From positions 156,152 through 220,151 of the forward strand of contig JAHFKK010000001.1 in the NCBI GenBank assembly GCA_023245335.1: a DNA stretch of 64,000 nucleotides. The letters run 5' to 3'. The position numbers and the translations under genes are program-made. Below, piece by piece: positions 28,303 through 37,677 of this stretch (within the stretch, counting starts at the first letter, position 1; every line of letters begins with the position of its first letter). The stretch is from Candidatus Gottesmanbacteria bacterium (GTDB lineage Bacteria > Patescibacteriota > Microgenomatia > UBA10105 > UBA927). Below the pieces are notes generated by a model. The model was not told the origin of the DNA and searched no databases. It worked only from the letters and a program-made list of their open reading frames with translations.

Positions 28303-30767
28303 GACGGCTTCTGAAATAAGACATGCAATTTCATGTCGTTGATAAGATCTGTATTGTACTCAAGCTCACCGGGTTTTGCAATACCGCTATCGGTCACCGC
28401 TCCCCATGATGCCGGGTATCGTACGACGACATGCCAGGGAAATGTGGTGACGCCTGCTTGTTTACGAATGGTGAATTGATACGATGTCGCTCCGACGAAT
28501 GGCGTCAAACTGCGTGTTGTCTCTATAACCAACTGCCGTTCCTGGTGAGGGGAAACTGCGAATGGCACTCCCAAAACAACTCCCCCGCCGGATGTGTCCG
28601 TCACCACGTACGGCGCGGGTGGCGGTACGCTGCTTTGGGGATTGCGCGGTGGGACATCTTGCCCGTCCAATTTTATCGATTGCACGACAGAACCTTCGGG
28701 ATAATAAAGACGCAGGTACATTTGGTACGCTCCTCCCCCATCTGGCACCTGAGTCGGCGTAGTGTTATGAAACTTCACCGTCAAAACCTGATGGACAGAG
28801 TCGTTATCGTCAAGAGTAATATCGCTAAGTGCTTCACGGGTTACAAAATAATTAACCTTATTAATTCCAAGATTAGCTTCTATAATCCCGACGCCATCCC
28901 CTATACAGCTAGACTCTCTATTCAGAATTTGACATGGGCTTATGTTCATGCCCCCATCCCAACCCCACTCCGTTACCAACTGCTGAAGCGCAGGATCAAG
29001 AAAATAAAATTGTATATCCCGCGCCTGAATTGAATCAGCAACCGATCGCAGTAATTGCCCTGCCGACACGGATCGGTCATTTGTCATGCGCAAAAGGAGC
29101 GCAGTCATCAAGGCGCCCAAAAAATCTTTCTTTTGTGTCGATCCCGGAAAAAAGTCTGTTTGAGTATACAAGAGGGATTTGGCAAAAAAATTACTCTCTG
29201 AAATGCGTTCGTTGAAGTCCGAAAGATCTACAGGACCCATCACATGAAGAAGATGCGTTACAACCGGCAGACTCACGGCAATGACTCCGTCCACAGTCTG
29301 ACCCATCTCCTTTTCATAAAACCATGCGGCTTGCTTCCCGCTGACAGAAAAGTCCGGATCCCAGTTGCTGTCTCTCAAATACCAATGCTCCTGCCCAATA
29401 ATTTCCCGGATCGGAAGCGGCGGGTCGACATGCCCCTTGAGCTGACCATCGGCTGTATAGACATCGATGACGTGCATGTCATCCACTTTTCCGTCAACAA
29501 AAGACACCGAAAGCAAGCTGCCGATGAACCCGCCGGTTGGACGTAATTCCATACTATTCTGTAACAGCACGAGGTATGTTTGTTTTTTTCGAAATCCGCT
29601 CATCTGAGGATACAGCGTCAGCAATTTTTCTGTGTAACCAATAAGCGTCCGGACATTGCCCAGGGAGATAAGTCCTCGCCTCCCCAACCCCTGTACAGAC
29701 GCTAACTGAAACGGAAAACGCCGGGACGACATCAATGAATCTAGCTCTGCCTGAACCAGCGCAAGATGCTGTGATACTCGGGAAACTTCTGAGCTAAGCG
29801 ATGCGACGTCGGCTGCCGATGTAGATTGCGTCGTATCGTTTGGAAAAAGAATGGTCCCAGCAACCGCTTTGCTCGTTTGAAAAATCGTCACGACTCCAGA
29901 CTCTGCCATCGACGCGTCCATAAGCAACGATAATAACCGGTCCTCATCATCAGCTAGACCTCCTAATTGAATGGTAGTTAAAATAGGCGATGTTAAGTGC
30001 AACATGGTCTGTGCACTTTGTAAGTACGGAGTGCCCGCATGAATCAGAGTATCTGTCCATTGTGTGTTCCCGGCAAGGAGCGCCTTCCCGCTCATTGCCA
30101 ATAGTGTCACACCGATCGCAAACGAAGCCACGTACATACATAACGGCGCGATGAAAATAAATAAACCCGCCCCGACCCATCGAATCGCCCGTTTCCACTT
30201 CCCTTTAGATCGAGTCCCATAAAGAGTCTTTCGGTCGGACTCAAATATCTGCCGCATGGTCTTAGCTATCCGCTTCGTGTCAGCTAGCATCTGTCCCTGC
30301 GGTGACGGCGCTTGCTCACGTGACGCTTCCTTTGAGATTACACTTGTTTGTTTCGGTTTTGTCAGCTCTTTTCGGGCGTCTATACTCGCGCCCTTGTCTA
30401 TGAAGAAAAACGAGAATATGTCTTTCGTTTGTTCAGCTGTCAATGGTCTCGGGTCCACAAAATAAAGTTTTATCCCCAGAGATCGAACGTCGGCCAGGTT
30501 GGTATCATCACCTTCGTATATAATCGCGAGTTTTTTGGCAGTAGGGAAATTATTCTCCGCGAAAAAACGTTTCACGAAGTCGCTTTCTCCGACGCAGATT
30601 ACGTACAATAAAGACTCTTCCACAGACTGATTCACCACTACGCGGCACCCATACCGTTCCAGATATTCCCGCAACGGCATACCCATAGCGAGGTCTTGCG
30701 CCTCGATACGAGCTGTGGCGGCGCTACTTCTTTCACTCCCGGCGTCTTTATGTGAGGAAGGCATCAT
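28299..30767 (-). CDS. DUF4012 domain-containing membrane protein
   Basis: 822 aa with a TM near residue ~200 and the DUF4012 signature LLQNSMELRPTGGFIGS. Confidence 0.6.
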   Translation of the reverse strand: MMPSSHKDAGSERSSAATARIEAQDLAMGMPLREYLERYGCRVVVNQSVEESLLYVICVGESDFVKRFFAENNFPTAKKLAIIYEGDDTNLADVRSLGIKLYFVDPRPLTAEQTKDIFSFFFIDKGASIDARKELTKPKQTSVISKEASREQAPSPQGQMLADTKRIAKTMRQIFESDRKTLYGTRSKGKWKRAIRWVGAGLFIFIAPLCMYVASFAIGVTLLAMSGKALLAGNTQWTDTLIHAGTPYLQSAQTMLHLTSPILTTIQLGGLADDEDRLLSLLMDASMAESGVVTIFQTSKAVAGTILFPNDTTQSTSAADVASLSSEVSRVSQHLALVQAELDSLMSSRRFPFQLASVQGLGRRGLISLGNVRTLIGYTEKLLTLYPQMSGFRKKQTYLVLLQNSMELRPTGGFIGSLLSVSFVDGKVDDMHVIDVYTADGQLKGHVDPPLPIREIIGQEHWYLRDSNWDPDFSVSGKQAAWFYEKEMGQTVDGVIAVSLPVVTHLLHVMGPVDLSDFNERISESNFFAKSLLYTQTDFFPGSTQKKDFLGALMTALLLRMTNDRSVSAGQLLRSVADSIQARDIQFYFLDPALQQLVTEWGWDGGMNISPCQILNRESSCIGDGVGIIEANLGINKVNYFVTREALSDITLDDNDSVHQVLTVKFHNTTPTQVPDGGGAYQMYLRLYYPEGSVVQSIKLDGQDVPPRNPQSSVPPPAPYVVTDTSGGGVVLGVPFAVSPHQERQLVIETTRSLTPFVGATSYQFTIRKQAGVTTFPWHVVVRYPASWGAVTDSGIAKPGELEYNTDLINDMKLHVLFQKPS

Positions 30768-30884
30768 AGAGGTACGTTTCTCCGTGTTCGTATTATGGCA
30801 AACCGAGACACCGAAAACAACTGAAATTACATGGCTCTTTGAAGATACAAAAGGCGCTAACGTGACATGAGTAGCTCTTACCCG

Positions 30885-31352
30885 CTACTCCCCGTCAAGC
30901 GCCTGATTGACGAAAAAATCCGCTTGTCGGTTAAACTCCCTGCGGACCACGAAGTACATCACCGTGCCACCGAGTTCCTGCTCCAACTCACGGACTGCGT
31001 ATAACAACTCCCTTAGGCGGGATTCTTTGACTTTAAAAAGACCGTTTAATTGATTCACCACTAACGTCGAATCCAAATAAAAATGAACCGTAAGCTTATG
31101 ATTGCTCGCTCCGTTTTCCTTCAAGGAAAGAAGGTAGCGGAAAGCTTCTATGACTGCGGTGTATTCTGCAACATTATTCGTCGTTTCCCCTATCCGTTTA
31201 CCAAAACCGGCAATCCTCTTTGTTTTGGTCGTCGCTTGCCCGGACTCCGAAGGAATATCTCCAGAAGTCATCACTTCATCGATAACCACTCCAACCGCGG
31301 CTGGCCCGGGGTTACCGCGCGCTCCTCCGTCGGTATGTATCACAAGATTCAT
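30885..31352 (-). CDS. rnhA: Ribonuclease HI
   Basis: MNLVIHTDGGARGNPGPAAVGVV...NNVAEYTAVIEA...QAD matches the RNase H DEDD catalytic pattern. The start was trimmed to the ATG at 31352, which overlaps the upstream stop as ATGA. Confidence 0.75.
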   Translation of the reverse strand: MNLVIHTDGGARGNPGPAAVGVVIDEVMTSGDIPSESGQATTKTKRIAGFGKRIGETTNNVAEYTAVIEAFRYLLSLKENGASNHKLTVHFYLDSTLVVNQLNGLFKVKESRLRELLYAVRELEQELGGTVMYFVVRREFNRQADFFVNQALDGE

Positions 31353-32647
31353 ACAAGCGCCGCACCTTTCTTCTTCAAGCTCTTCATCACGAAAAACGAG
31401 GATAATATAAGAATAAAAGCTTCGGACATACCGGTGATCCAAGCGGCCGCGACATATCCATACCGCGGTATAAAGACGATATTAAGCGCCAGGTTCCCTA
31501 TCATGGCCACGGTGTGTATTGCGAGTAGCCGCCATTTTTGGTTTTGTGCAATAAGGACCCACATAAGAAGCGCTGACACAAAAAATACAGGCAGACTCAA
31601 CAAAAGTATCCGAAGGGGAAGAATGCTTTCTGCAAAATCCGGCCGGATATATGTCACCAAGGGCGCCGCCCCCCAGAGGCCAGCTCCGATAACAAACGAG
31701 CTTCCTAACAATAACCACAATGACTGCCAAAAAATTTCCGGGGAAGACTCCGGGCGTTCCTTATTTGCTTTTAAAAGCAGTGGATAAACGGCGTTGATAA
31801 AAAAAAGAGGGAACACCAAGGGCAACTCAAATACTTTATACGCCAATCCGTAAATACCTACTTCGTGAGTCGAACGGGAAAGCGTCAGCACCACGCTGTC
31901 CGAATGAAAATATATGAGATTGAAAATGAGCGTGAGTCCCAAAGGAAGCGTCTTTTTAAAATCTAAAATCATGGTTCGTATATGGAAAAGCGGCAGGATT
32001 GCTCCGTGGTATTTTCGAATAAAATACAAGGCGAGAATTGCGGTCACAACGCTACCAATTCCTATCGACAAAACACCTATGTAGGGACCGCTCATTGCGG
32101 TGCCATACGCAAAAAATAATGCAATAACGAGCATGACGACGGAACCGGCATTTTGGGCGACCGTTGCCAAATCGTACCGGAGGGCTTTCTGAAAAAATGC
32201 ATTCGTCGTCGTTGTCGTCGCCTGAAAAATAATGGCGGGGGAGAGAAAAAGAATGCCCCACCGGACCAACGTCGTATAGCCTTGAGCAGTATTTTGAGGA
32301 AATATAGATAAAACTCCAAATGCCGCCGCAACCAAAAGAAGGCTCATAATCAAACGGAGTCCAAATAGTTGTTGCCACGATTTGGTCCCGCCTGTCCCCA
32401 ACGGGCGTTCAATAGCGCCCTGCACGTACGCCGCATTGAGTCCAAAATCAGCAAACAGATAAAAGAATCCGACGTAGGTTGTAATTTTGACAAAGTCGCC
32501 GTACCCGTCAGACCCAAAACGCCGTGCGATAAGAAGACTTACTACAGTCATCGCGAGCGTGCTTACGATTCTGCCGACCAATTGACTTGCCGTATTCTCC
32601 GCAACGATATGACGAGTTGACCCTTTGGGAAACCAACGTGCAAACAT
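31349..32647 (-). CDS. Polysaccharide biosynthesis flippase (MOP/Wzx family)
   Basis: 432 aa, ~12 TM, length and hydropathy typical of oligosaccharide flippases. Confidence 0.55.
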   Translation of the reverse strand: MFARWFPKGSTRHIVAENTASQLVGRIVSTLAMTVVSLLIARRFGSDGYGDFVKITTYVGFFYLFADFGLNAAYVQGAIERPLGTGGTKSWQQLFGLRLIMSLLLVAAAFGVLSIFPQNTAQGYTTLVRWGILFLSPAIIFQATTTTTNAFFQKALRYDLATVAQNAGSVVMLVIALFFAYGTAMSGPYIGVLSIGIGSVVTAILALYFIRKYHGAILPLFHIRTMILDFKKTLPLGLTLIFNLIYFHSDSVVLTLSRSTHEVGIYGLAYKVFELPLVFPLFFINAVYPLLLKANKERPESSPEIFWQSLWLLLGSSFVIGAGLWGAAPLVTYIRPDFAESILPLRILLLSLPVFFVSALLMWVLIAQNQKWRLLAIHTVAMIGNLALNIVFIPRYGYVAAAWITGMSEAFILILSSFFVMKSLKKKGAALV

Positions 32648-32758
32648 GGCCCCATTGTATCAGAAAGAGAAACGTTGTATATGAAAATCGACACTACAAA
32701 ACGCCCTGGGATTCTGTCTTCTCTGCAGAACGGACTTAAGATGTATATTAATGCGCCA

Positions 32759-34087
32759 TTATACAGAGCGCTTTGACAATACTGAGGCAATAACGACAAC
32801 AAAGAGAAGCTGTCCCTGCTGCAGAGTTAACGAGTAATGGTCAACAAGACCAAGAAGAAGAAGGCAAATTAACGGTATTACATAGATAGATGGCTGTTGT
32901 TTTTTTTGCGACAATCCAGCCACCTCTTCCCAAACAAGGAGCCCCACAAACACAACAAAAAATATAAATCCTGCCACCCCCGTTTCCGAAAGAACGAGAA
33001 GGTAGATGTTATGAACCGGTTGTAGACTGTTCGCCTGGCGCACATGTGTCACGTCCGGCAAAGCATCGGTAAAGTTTCCCAAACCCACACCCAAAAGGGG
33101 AGACCGGGACCAGAGCGTGCTTGCTGACTGGTTCAATGACGCGCGTAAAACAACAGACTCGTCGGTCCGGACGGGGAGTGAGAGTGCCGTAAAGAATGCA
33201 AACAATAAAATAAGAAACAAAAGAATGTTGCGGCCAATGATTCGTTTTTTAGAAATGAAAAAGTAATACAGTATTCCAATTCCAAATCCGAACCCTACCC
33301 ACGCGCTCCGGCTAAACGTCAGAACGAGCGCGAGTAATCCGATAAAACATGTCCCGATATAGAAACTGCGCGTGCGATACGACAATTTTCCGAATAGTAT
33401 CTGAAACACAATGATCGGAAGTAGTGCGGCGTTGTAGCCGCCAAGGACATTGGGGTGTGAAAACGTCCCGTAAACACGAAGCGTCTCTTTACAGCTTTCT
33501 ACAAAGGGCATGAGACACCAGGAGAGACGGGCTATCCCGGGGGTAGAAAGACTAAATGAACGTTCTCCCAACCACCATAGCGGTCCGCCGATCGAATGTT
33601 GAAACACAAACTGTACGATCGCAACGAACGAGGAATAGAATAACCCGACTGACAAACCCATAACGACCGTCGGGAAATCGGGCTTTGCGCGAACAATGTA
33701 CCAACCAAGCAAAATAAGCTCAAGCATTTTTAGCCATGCGTACATTGCGACCGGCGGCCTTTTTGCAAAAAAAATATTGAACGCGATAAATGCCCCGGCC
33801 GCCCCGATGTATAGGATCGTGCGCATCGGGAGAAATCTTTTTTGCTGGGACACCGCTTTACGAGATCCTTGGTCGCGCCCATTCCGTGGCGCGCGTCGCA
33901 AAACCCAAGACAGAAGGACTCCCATAATGAGGAGGTCCGTCAGATACAACGTCGGCGACAGGTAATCAATTCTCCGTCCTAAAACGATCGACCACGACGG
34001 CCACATATGATAACCGAGCTGTGTTGGGAGCAAAACGAGAAGAACAAAGAAAAGCCGCCGATGAAAAGAGGTCGTATTAAAATTCAT
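32759..34087 (-). CDS. O-antigen ligase/polymerase family protein (Wzy_C)
   Basis: 442 aa polytopic protein with the FSRSAWVGF motif and a large loop typical of the O-antigen ligase domain. Confidence 0.55.
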   Translation of the reverse strand: MNFNTTSFHRRLFFVLLVLLPTQLGYHMWPSWSIVLGRRIDYLSPTLYLTDLLIMGVLLSWVLRRAPRNGRDQGSRKAVSQQKRFLPMRTILYIGAAGAFIAFNIFFAKRPPVAMYAWLKMLELILLGWYIVRAKPDFPTVVMGLSVGLFYSSFVAIVQFVFQHSIGGPLWWLGERSFSLSTPGIARLSWCLMPFVESCKETLRVYGTFSHPNVLGGYNAALLPIIVFQILFGKLSYRTRSFYIGTCFIGLLALVLTFSRSAWVGFGFGIGILYYFFISKKRIIGRNILLFLILLFAFFTALSLPVRTDESVVLRASLNQSASTLWSRSPLLGVGLGNFTDALPDVTHVRQANSLQPVHNIYLLVLSETGVAGFIFFVVFVGLLVWEEVAGLSQKKQQPSIYVIPLICLLLLGLVDHYSLTLQQGQLLFVVVIASVLSKRSV

Positions 34088-34143
34088 GCATTAGGTATTA
34101 GGGTATAAAACCATAATACATAACACAAACTCCATTGGGCACA

Positions 34144-34599
34144 TTATGCTTCTTTTGGCTTCACGAGAAGAACGCGGTCGTCTCCTTCGCCGATTGATTC
34201 AGTCGCCACGCGCTCGTCACCGGAAAGCGTGAGGTGGATGATGCGCCGCTCAGAAGGAGAGAGCCGAGATAATTCTACGGGCCGCCCCATCGCCAAGGCC
34301 CGTTCCGCCGCATGTTGCGCCATGTGCATCAGCGTCTCTTCGCGTTTTTCCCGGTAATCACCAACGTTTACGTATACCTTCACCCACTGGCCAATTTTTT
34401 TGGAAACGATAATTCCCAATAGGAGCTGAAAACTCTCCAGCGTCTTCCCGTGATGACCAATGAGTAAACCAGTTTCTTCTGTCTCGATCCGGACCTGGAA
34501 AGCGCCCGTTTCGTCCGTGCTCACGGCGACCGTACCGGAAATTTCTAACTTACCCAGCAACTCCTCAACGATCGTTTGTACTACTTTTATGTCTTCCAT
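34144..34599 (-). CDS. KhpB/Jag (KH + R3H RNA-binding protein)
   Basis: KH-like VGDYREKREETL and an R3H block LSPSERRIIHLTLS. Located directly downstream of yidC as in the conserved jag position. Confidence 0.75.
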   Translation of the reverse strand: MEDIKVVQTIVEELLGKLEISGTVAVSTDETGAFQVRIETEETGLLIGHHGKTLESFQLLLGIIVSKKIGQWVKVYVNVGDYREKREETLMHMAQHAAERALAMGRPVELSRLSPSERRIIHLTLSGDERVATESIGEGDDRVLLVKPKEA

Positions 34600-34667
34600 A
34601 TTCTAAAACTTGTAAACGGCAGTCGAGTCAAAAAAATCATAATCGCGCACTCACTATAAGCGGGTAA

Positions 34668-35510
34668 TCACTTTTCCGCATTTATGCGGAGCTGTTGCAT
34701 GATACCAAAAAGTCCAAAAACGTTCCAGTAGAGAGCTAGTCCCAACGGGAACTGATACGCAAACACGCCAAACATAAGAGGGGTAATCATCGCCATTTGT
34801 TTCTGCATCTCAAGCGCGGTATCTTCCGGATTTTGTTCTTTTTTCCCGTCTTTCTTTTCTGTGGCGTTATCGTTTTTCTGACCGATTTGTATCTTTTTAT
34901 TGTCTACAGGGGCGGAGACTGTCTGTTGTGGCATCATCAATTTACTCTGCCAGTACTGAAGGGCTGCGGTAATGACGGGAATTGCCAGGAGCCACCATCC
35001 GTGTGATTGCCACTGACTTGGCTTTATTCCAAGGCTGATACCGAAAAAGGAGAGATCCAAAACGCTAATTTTAAGTGACGAGAGATACACCACGTGATTG
35101 ATGTCACTAACCACCTTCGTCATATTTCCGTTTTGCAAAACCTGATAAAACACATTGTAGAGCGCGATGAGGACGGGCATTTGGATGAGAAGGGGGAGAC
35201 ACCCTGCCGCTGGGTTTACCCCGTGTTGTTTATACAAATCCAATTGAGCCTGTTGCAGCGCTTGTTTATTGTCTTTGTGTTTTGCAGAAAGTGCGTCAAG
35301 GTGGGGCTTGAGCTGCTGCATTTTTTTTGCAGATTTTAACTGTGCCGCCATAAGAGGGTAGAGAAGAAGGCGGATGACAATGGTAAGTCCGATAACCGCA
35401 AATCCCAACGGGCCGGGCACATGCAGCCATTCAAAAAACTTATATAACGCCATGAGAAGATTAATGATGGGCCAGATAAGTAGCTGATTCCACACGTTTG
35501 GGTTTGTCAT
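34668..35510 (-). CDS. yidC: Membrane protein insertase YidC (short form)
   Basis: YidC/Oxa1 core with conserved TM1 (IGLTIVIRLLLYPL) and MQQLKP..L..K motifs. Confidence 0.85.
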   Translation of the reverse strand: MTNPNVWNQLLIWPIINLLMALYKFFEWLHVPGPLGFAVIGLTIVIRLLLYPLMAAQLKSAKKMQQLKPHLDALSAKHKDNKQALQQAQLDLYKQHGVNPAAGCLPLLIQMPVLIALYNVFYQVLQNGNMTKVVSDINHVVYLSSLKISVLDLSFFGISLGIKPSQWQSHGWWLLAIPVITAALQYWQSKLMMPQQTVSAPVDNKKIQIGQKNDNATEKKDGKKEQNPEDTALEMQKQMAMITPLMFGVFAYQFPLGLALYWNVFGLFGIMQQLRINAEK

Positions 35511-35514
35511 ATCA

Positions 35515-35763
35515 CTATTTATAGGTTTTCGGCAGCGGGTCCCATCCGCCGGGATTCCATGGATGGCACCGCACTATCCGCTTAAATCCCAAAATTGATC
35601 CTCTGATTATACCATAGCGCTCTATTGCTTGATACGTATACTCGCTGCAGGTCGGACGGAATCGACACGCGCTGTCAACCAGCCAAAGCTTCTTCAACGC
35701 CCCGGTATCAGGAGAAAGATATCGCTGATACCATCTGATGACGCGGAGTATCGTTTTCCTCAT
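35515..35763 (-). CDS. yidD: Membrane protein insertion efficiency factor YidD
   Basis: 82 aa with YQRYLSP, CRF.PTCSEY and [10 protein letters not shown] signatures. Confidence 0.8.
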   Translation of the reverse strand: MRKTILRVIRWYQRYLSPDTGALKKLWLVDSACRFRPTCSEYTYQAIERYGIIRGSILGFKRIVRCHPWNPGGWDPLPKTYK

Positions 35764-36098
35764 ACCGATAATATGCGTGCCTGTACAAAAGCCCTGCGCA
35801 CAATACGATCAACTTCTGTTTGTGAATCTGGTACTCTGCTACGCAGAGTTAACACAACGTCATACCCACCGGATACATCCGAGAGTAAATGGCGTACCGA
35901 CTCACTAATGAGCCTTCGCATCCGATTCCGCGTCGTCGCACGCTTGTCTATGCGTGTCGAGACGACGATCGTGCAGCGCAAATGCTCGTTTGTGGTTTTC
36001 AACATTTTTAACTCAAGACCTTCGTGGACGATTCGCTCTTTTTGACGCATGACACCGCGTAGGAACCGCGAGGGAATTCTGTAGGGCTTCGGGAGCAT
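35760..36098 (-). CDS. rnpA: Ribonuclease P protein component
   Basis: 112 aa basic protein with RNR.KR block RNRMRRLI, in the rpmH-rnpA-yidD-yidC order. Confidence 0.8.
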   Translation of the reverse strand: MLPKPYRIPSRFLRGVMRQKERIVHEGLELKMLKTTNEHLRCTIVVSTRIDKRATTRNRMRRLISESVRHLLSDVSGGYDVVLTLRSRVPDSQTEVDRIVRRAFVQARILSV

Positions 36099-36101
36099 GA
36101 T

Positions 36102-36239
36102 TTATACCGTCAACCGTTTACGTCCGGTGGTTCGACGACGCTGCAAAACTAATCTGCCTTTCGCGGTTTTCATACGGGTACGAAACCCGTGAACGCGTTT
36201 GTGACGAAGCTTTTTTGGTTGATATGTTCGTTTGGGCAT
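36102..36239 (-). CDS. rpmH: 50S ribosomal protein L34
   Basis: Own translation of the minus strand: [45 protein letters not shown]. Not in the ORF track because it is under 60 aa; the track instead lists an out-of-frame 68-aa ORF here. Confidence 0.85.
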   Translation of the reverse strand: MPKRTYQPKKLRHKRVHGFRTRMKTAKGRLVLQRRRTTGRKRLTV

Positions 36240-36263
36240 ACGTACGTAGTATACCGGAAAACT

Positions 36264-37676
36264 CTAGTTGGGTAAAGATGAAGATGAGACGGAGGAGGGG
36301 AGAGTGCCTATTTTCTTCACCCATTCCTTAAACTGATCACCGCGATCTGCGTAATCACGAAATGTGTTAAAACTGGCTGACGCAGGAGAGAGTAAGCATA
36401 TCTTCCCTCGGGGCGTATGTAGGTACGCCAATTTCACAGCATCTTCCATGGAAGATGCTGTGAATCTTTTTAAAATGTGGGCCTTTTGCGCGCGCTTCGT
36501 CACGACGCCAATTGACATCCAAATTTTTTCTCCGGTGTCGGGAAAAAGAATGAGCGTCGCCACAGGATGACTTCGCAAATATGCACCTAATTCAGCGTAG
36601 TCTATATGCCGATCAAGTCCGCCCACGAGAAGAGTCGCGACATCCGATCCCAATGCCTCGAGCGCATGGATGGTTGCCTGCGGAATTGTCGCAAGCGAAT
36701 CATTGTAAAATCGCACATTGTGGAACTCACCCACAAACTCCAACCGGTGCGGAAGGGGCTGAAATGGAGTTATTGCCCGAGCGATAGTGGGAATAGGAAT
36801 ATTCATAAGGCGGGAAACGGTTACCGCCGCCAATACATTTTCCTGATTCCCTAATAACGGCACATCCGACATCATGAGTACGGGGGCAACATCCGCGCCT
36901 GTTCTCACCGAAATCCATCCGTCCTTAAGGAATGTAGAAAGCGTGTCCGACGCTTCATCCCCATAGATAATTTTTTGCGCTCGTGTTGAAGAAATAAGTT
37001 CGCGCACGAACGTGTGTCTTGGGTTATACACGAGATAGTCACCACGCGCTTGATGCGACGTTATATTAACTTTTGCATTGGCGTAACTTGCAAGGTTTGG
37101 ATAATAATCTAGGTGTTCTGACACAATGCCAAGCATGACCGCAATATGAGGACCATAGCGACAGTCAAAAAGCTGGTGGCTCGAAAGTTCGAGAACAAAC
37201 ACCGTTTCCTCTGTCGCTAATTCAAGGCTATCAAGCATGGGAACTCCAATATTTCCCACCAACCGAACATCACGATACATCGCTGAGAGTATTTGTTTTA
37301 TGAGGCTGGAGGTCGTACTTTTTCCCTTTGTCCCGGTTATACCGATGGTGACACCCTTTACTCTCGAAAAAAATACGTTTGTGGCCGAGGTCATGTAGCC
37401 GCCATGTTGCAAAAATTTTTGTATTTCAGGGGTGTACGGAGAAATGCCCGGGCTTCGGATTATCGTATCGTATTCATCGAGATGAAAAAGGTATCCCTCT
37501 CCGTTATAGACGGTCGCACCTTTATATTTCTCGCCAGACACGAGCTCTGTCTCGACATTTCTATCTGCAATCCCAACCCTAAGCGCGGGGTAATATTTAG
37601 CAAGCCATGCGTGGACACTTCTGCCCTCTCTCCCGTAGCCGACAATGAGCACTGATTTTCCTCGTATTTCTTCCAT
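36264..37676 (-). CDS. murD: UDP-N-acetylmuramoyl-L-alanine--glutamate ligase MurD (possibly L-Glu-specific MurD2 type)
   Basis: Mur ligase domains with GITGTKGKSTT P-loop, DRNVE-like Rossmann N-terminus and a C-terminal domain. The start was trimmed to MEEIRGKSVLIVGYG. Confidence 0.8.
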   Translation of the reverse strand: MEEIRGKSVLIVGYGREGRSVHAWLAKYYPALRVGIADRNVETELVSGEKYKGATVYNGEGYLFHLDEYDTIIRSPGISPYTPEIQKFLQHGGYMTSATNVFFSRVKGVTIGITGTKGKSTTSSLIKQILSAMYRDVRLVGNIGVPMLDSLELATEETVFVLELSSHQLFDCRYGPHIAVMLGIVSEHLDYYPNLASYANAKVNITSHQARGDYLVYNPRHTFVRELISSTRAQKIIYGDEASDTLSTFLKDGWISVRTGADVAPVLMMSDVPLLGNQENVLAAVTVSRLMNIPIPTIARAITPFQPLPHRLEFVGEFHNVRFYNDSLATIPQATIHALEALGSDVATLLVGGLDRHIDYAELGAYLRSHPVATLILFPDTGEKIWMSIGVVTKRAQKAHILKRFTASSMEDAVKLAYLHTPRGKICLLSPASASFNTFRDYADRGDQFKEWVKKIGTLPSSVSSSSLPN

Positions 37677-37677
37677 A

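Noticed and set aside
28431-29033. 200-aa plus-strand ORF inside the DUF4012 gene
   Set aside because: Antisense to a gene with a clear family signature (ELRPTGGFIGS); no motifs.
31083-31787. 234-aa plus-strand ORF antisense to rnhA and the flippase gene
   Set aside because: It overlaps two well-supported minus-strand genes and has a Cys/Arg/Ser-rich non-protein-like composition.
36118-36324. 68-aa ORF from the track at the rpmH position
   Set aside because: Wrong frame; the conserved L34 sequence is read in another minus-strand frame (36102..36239).
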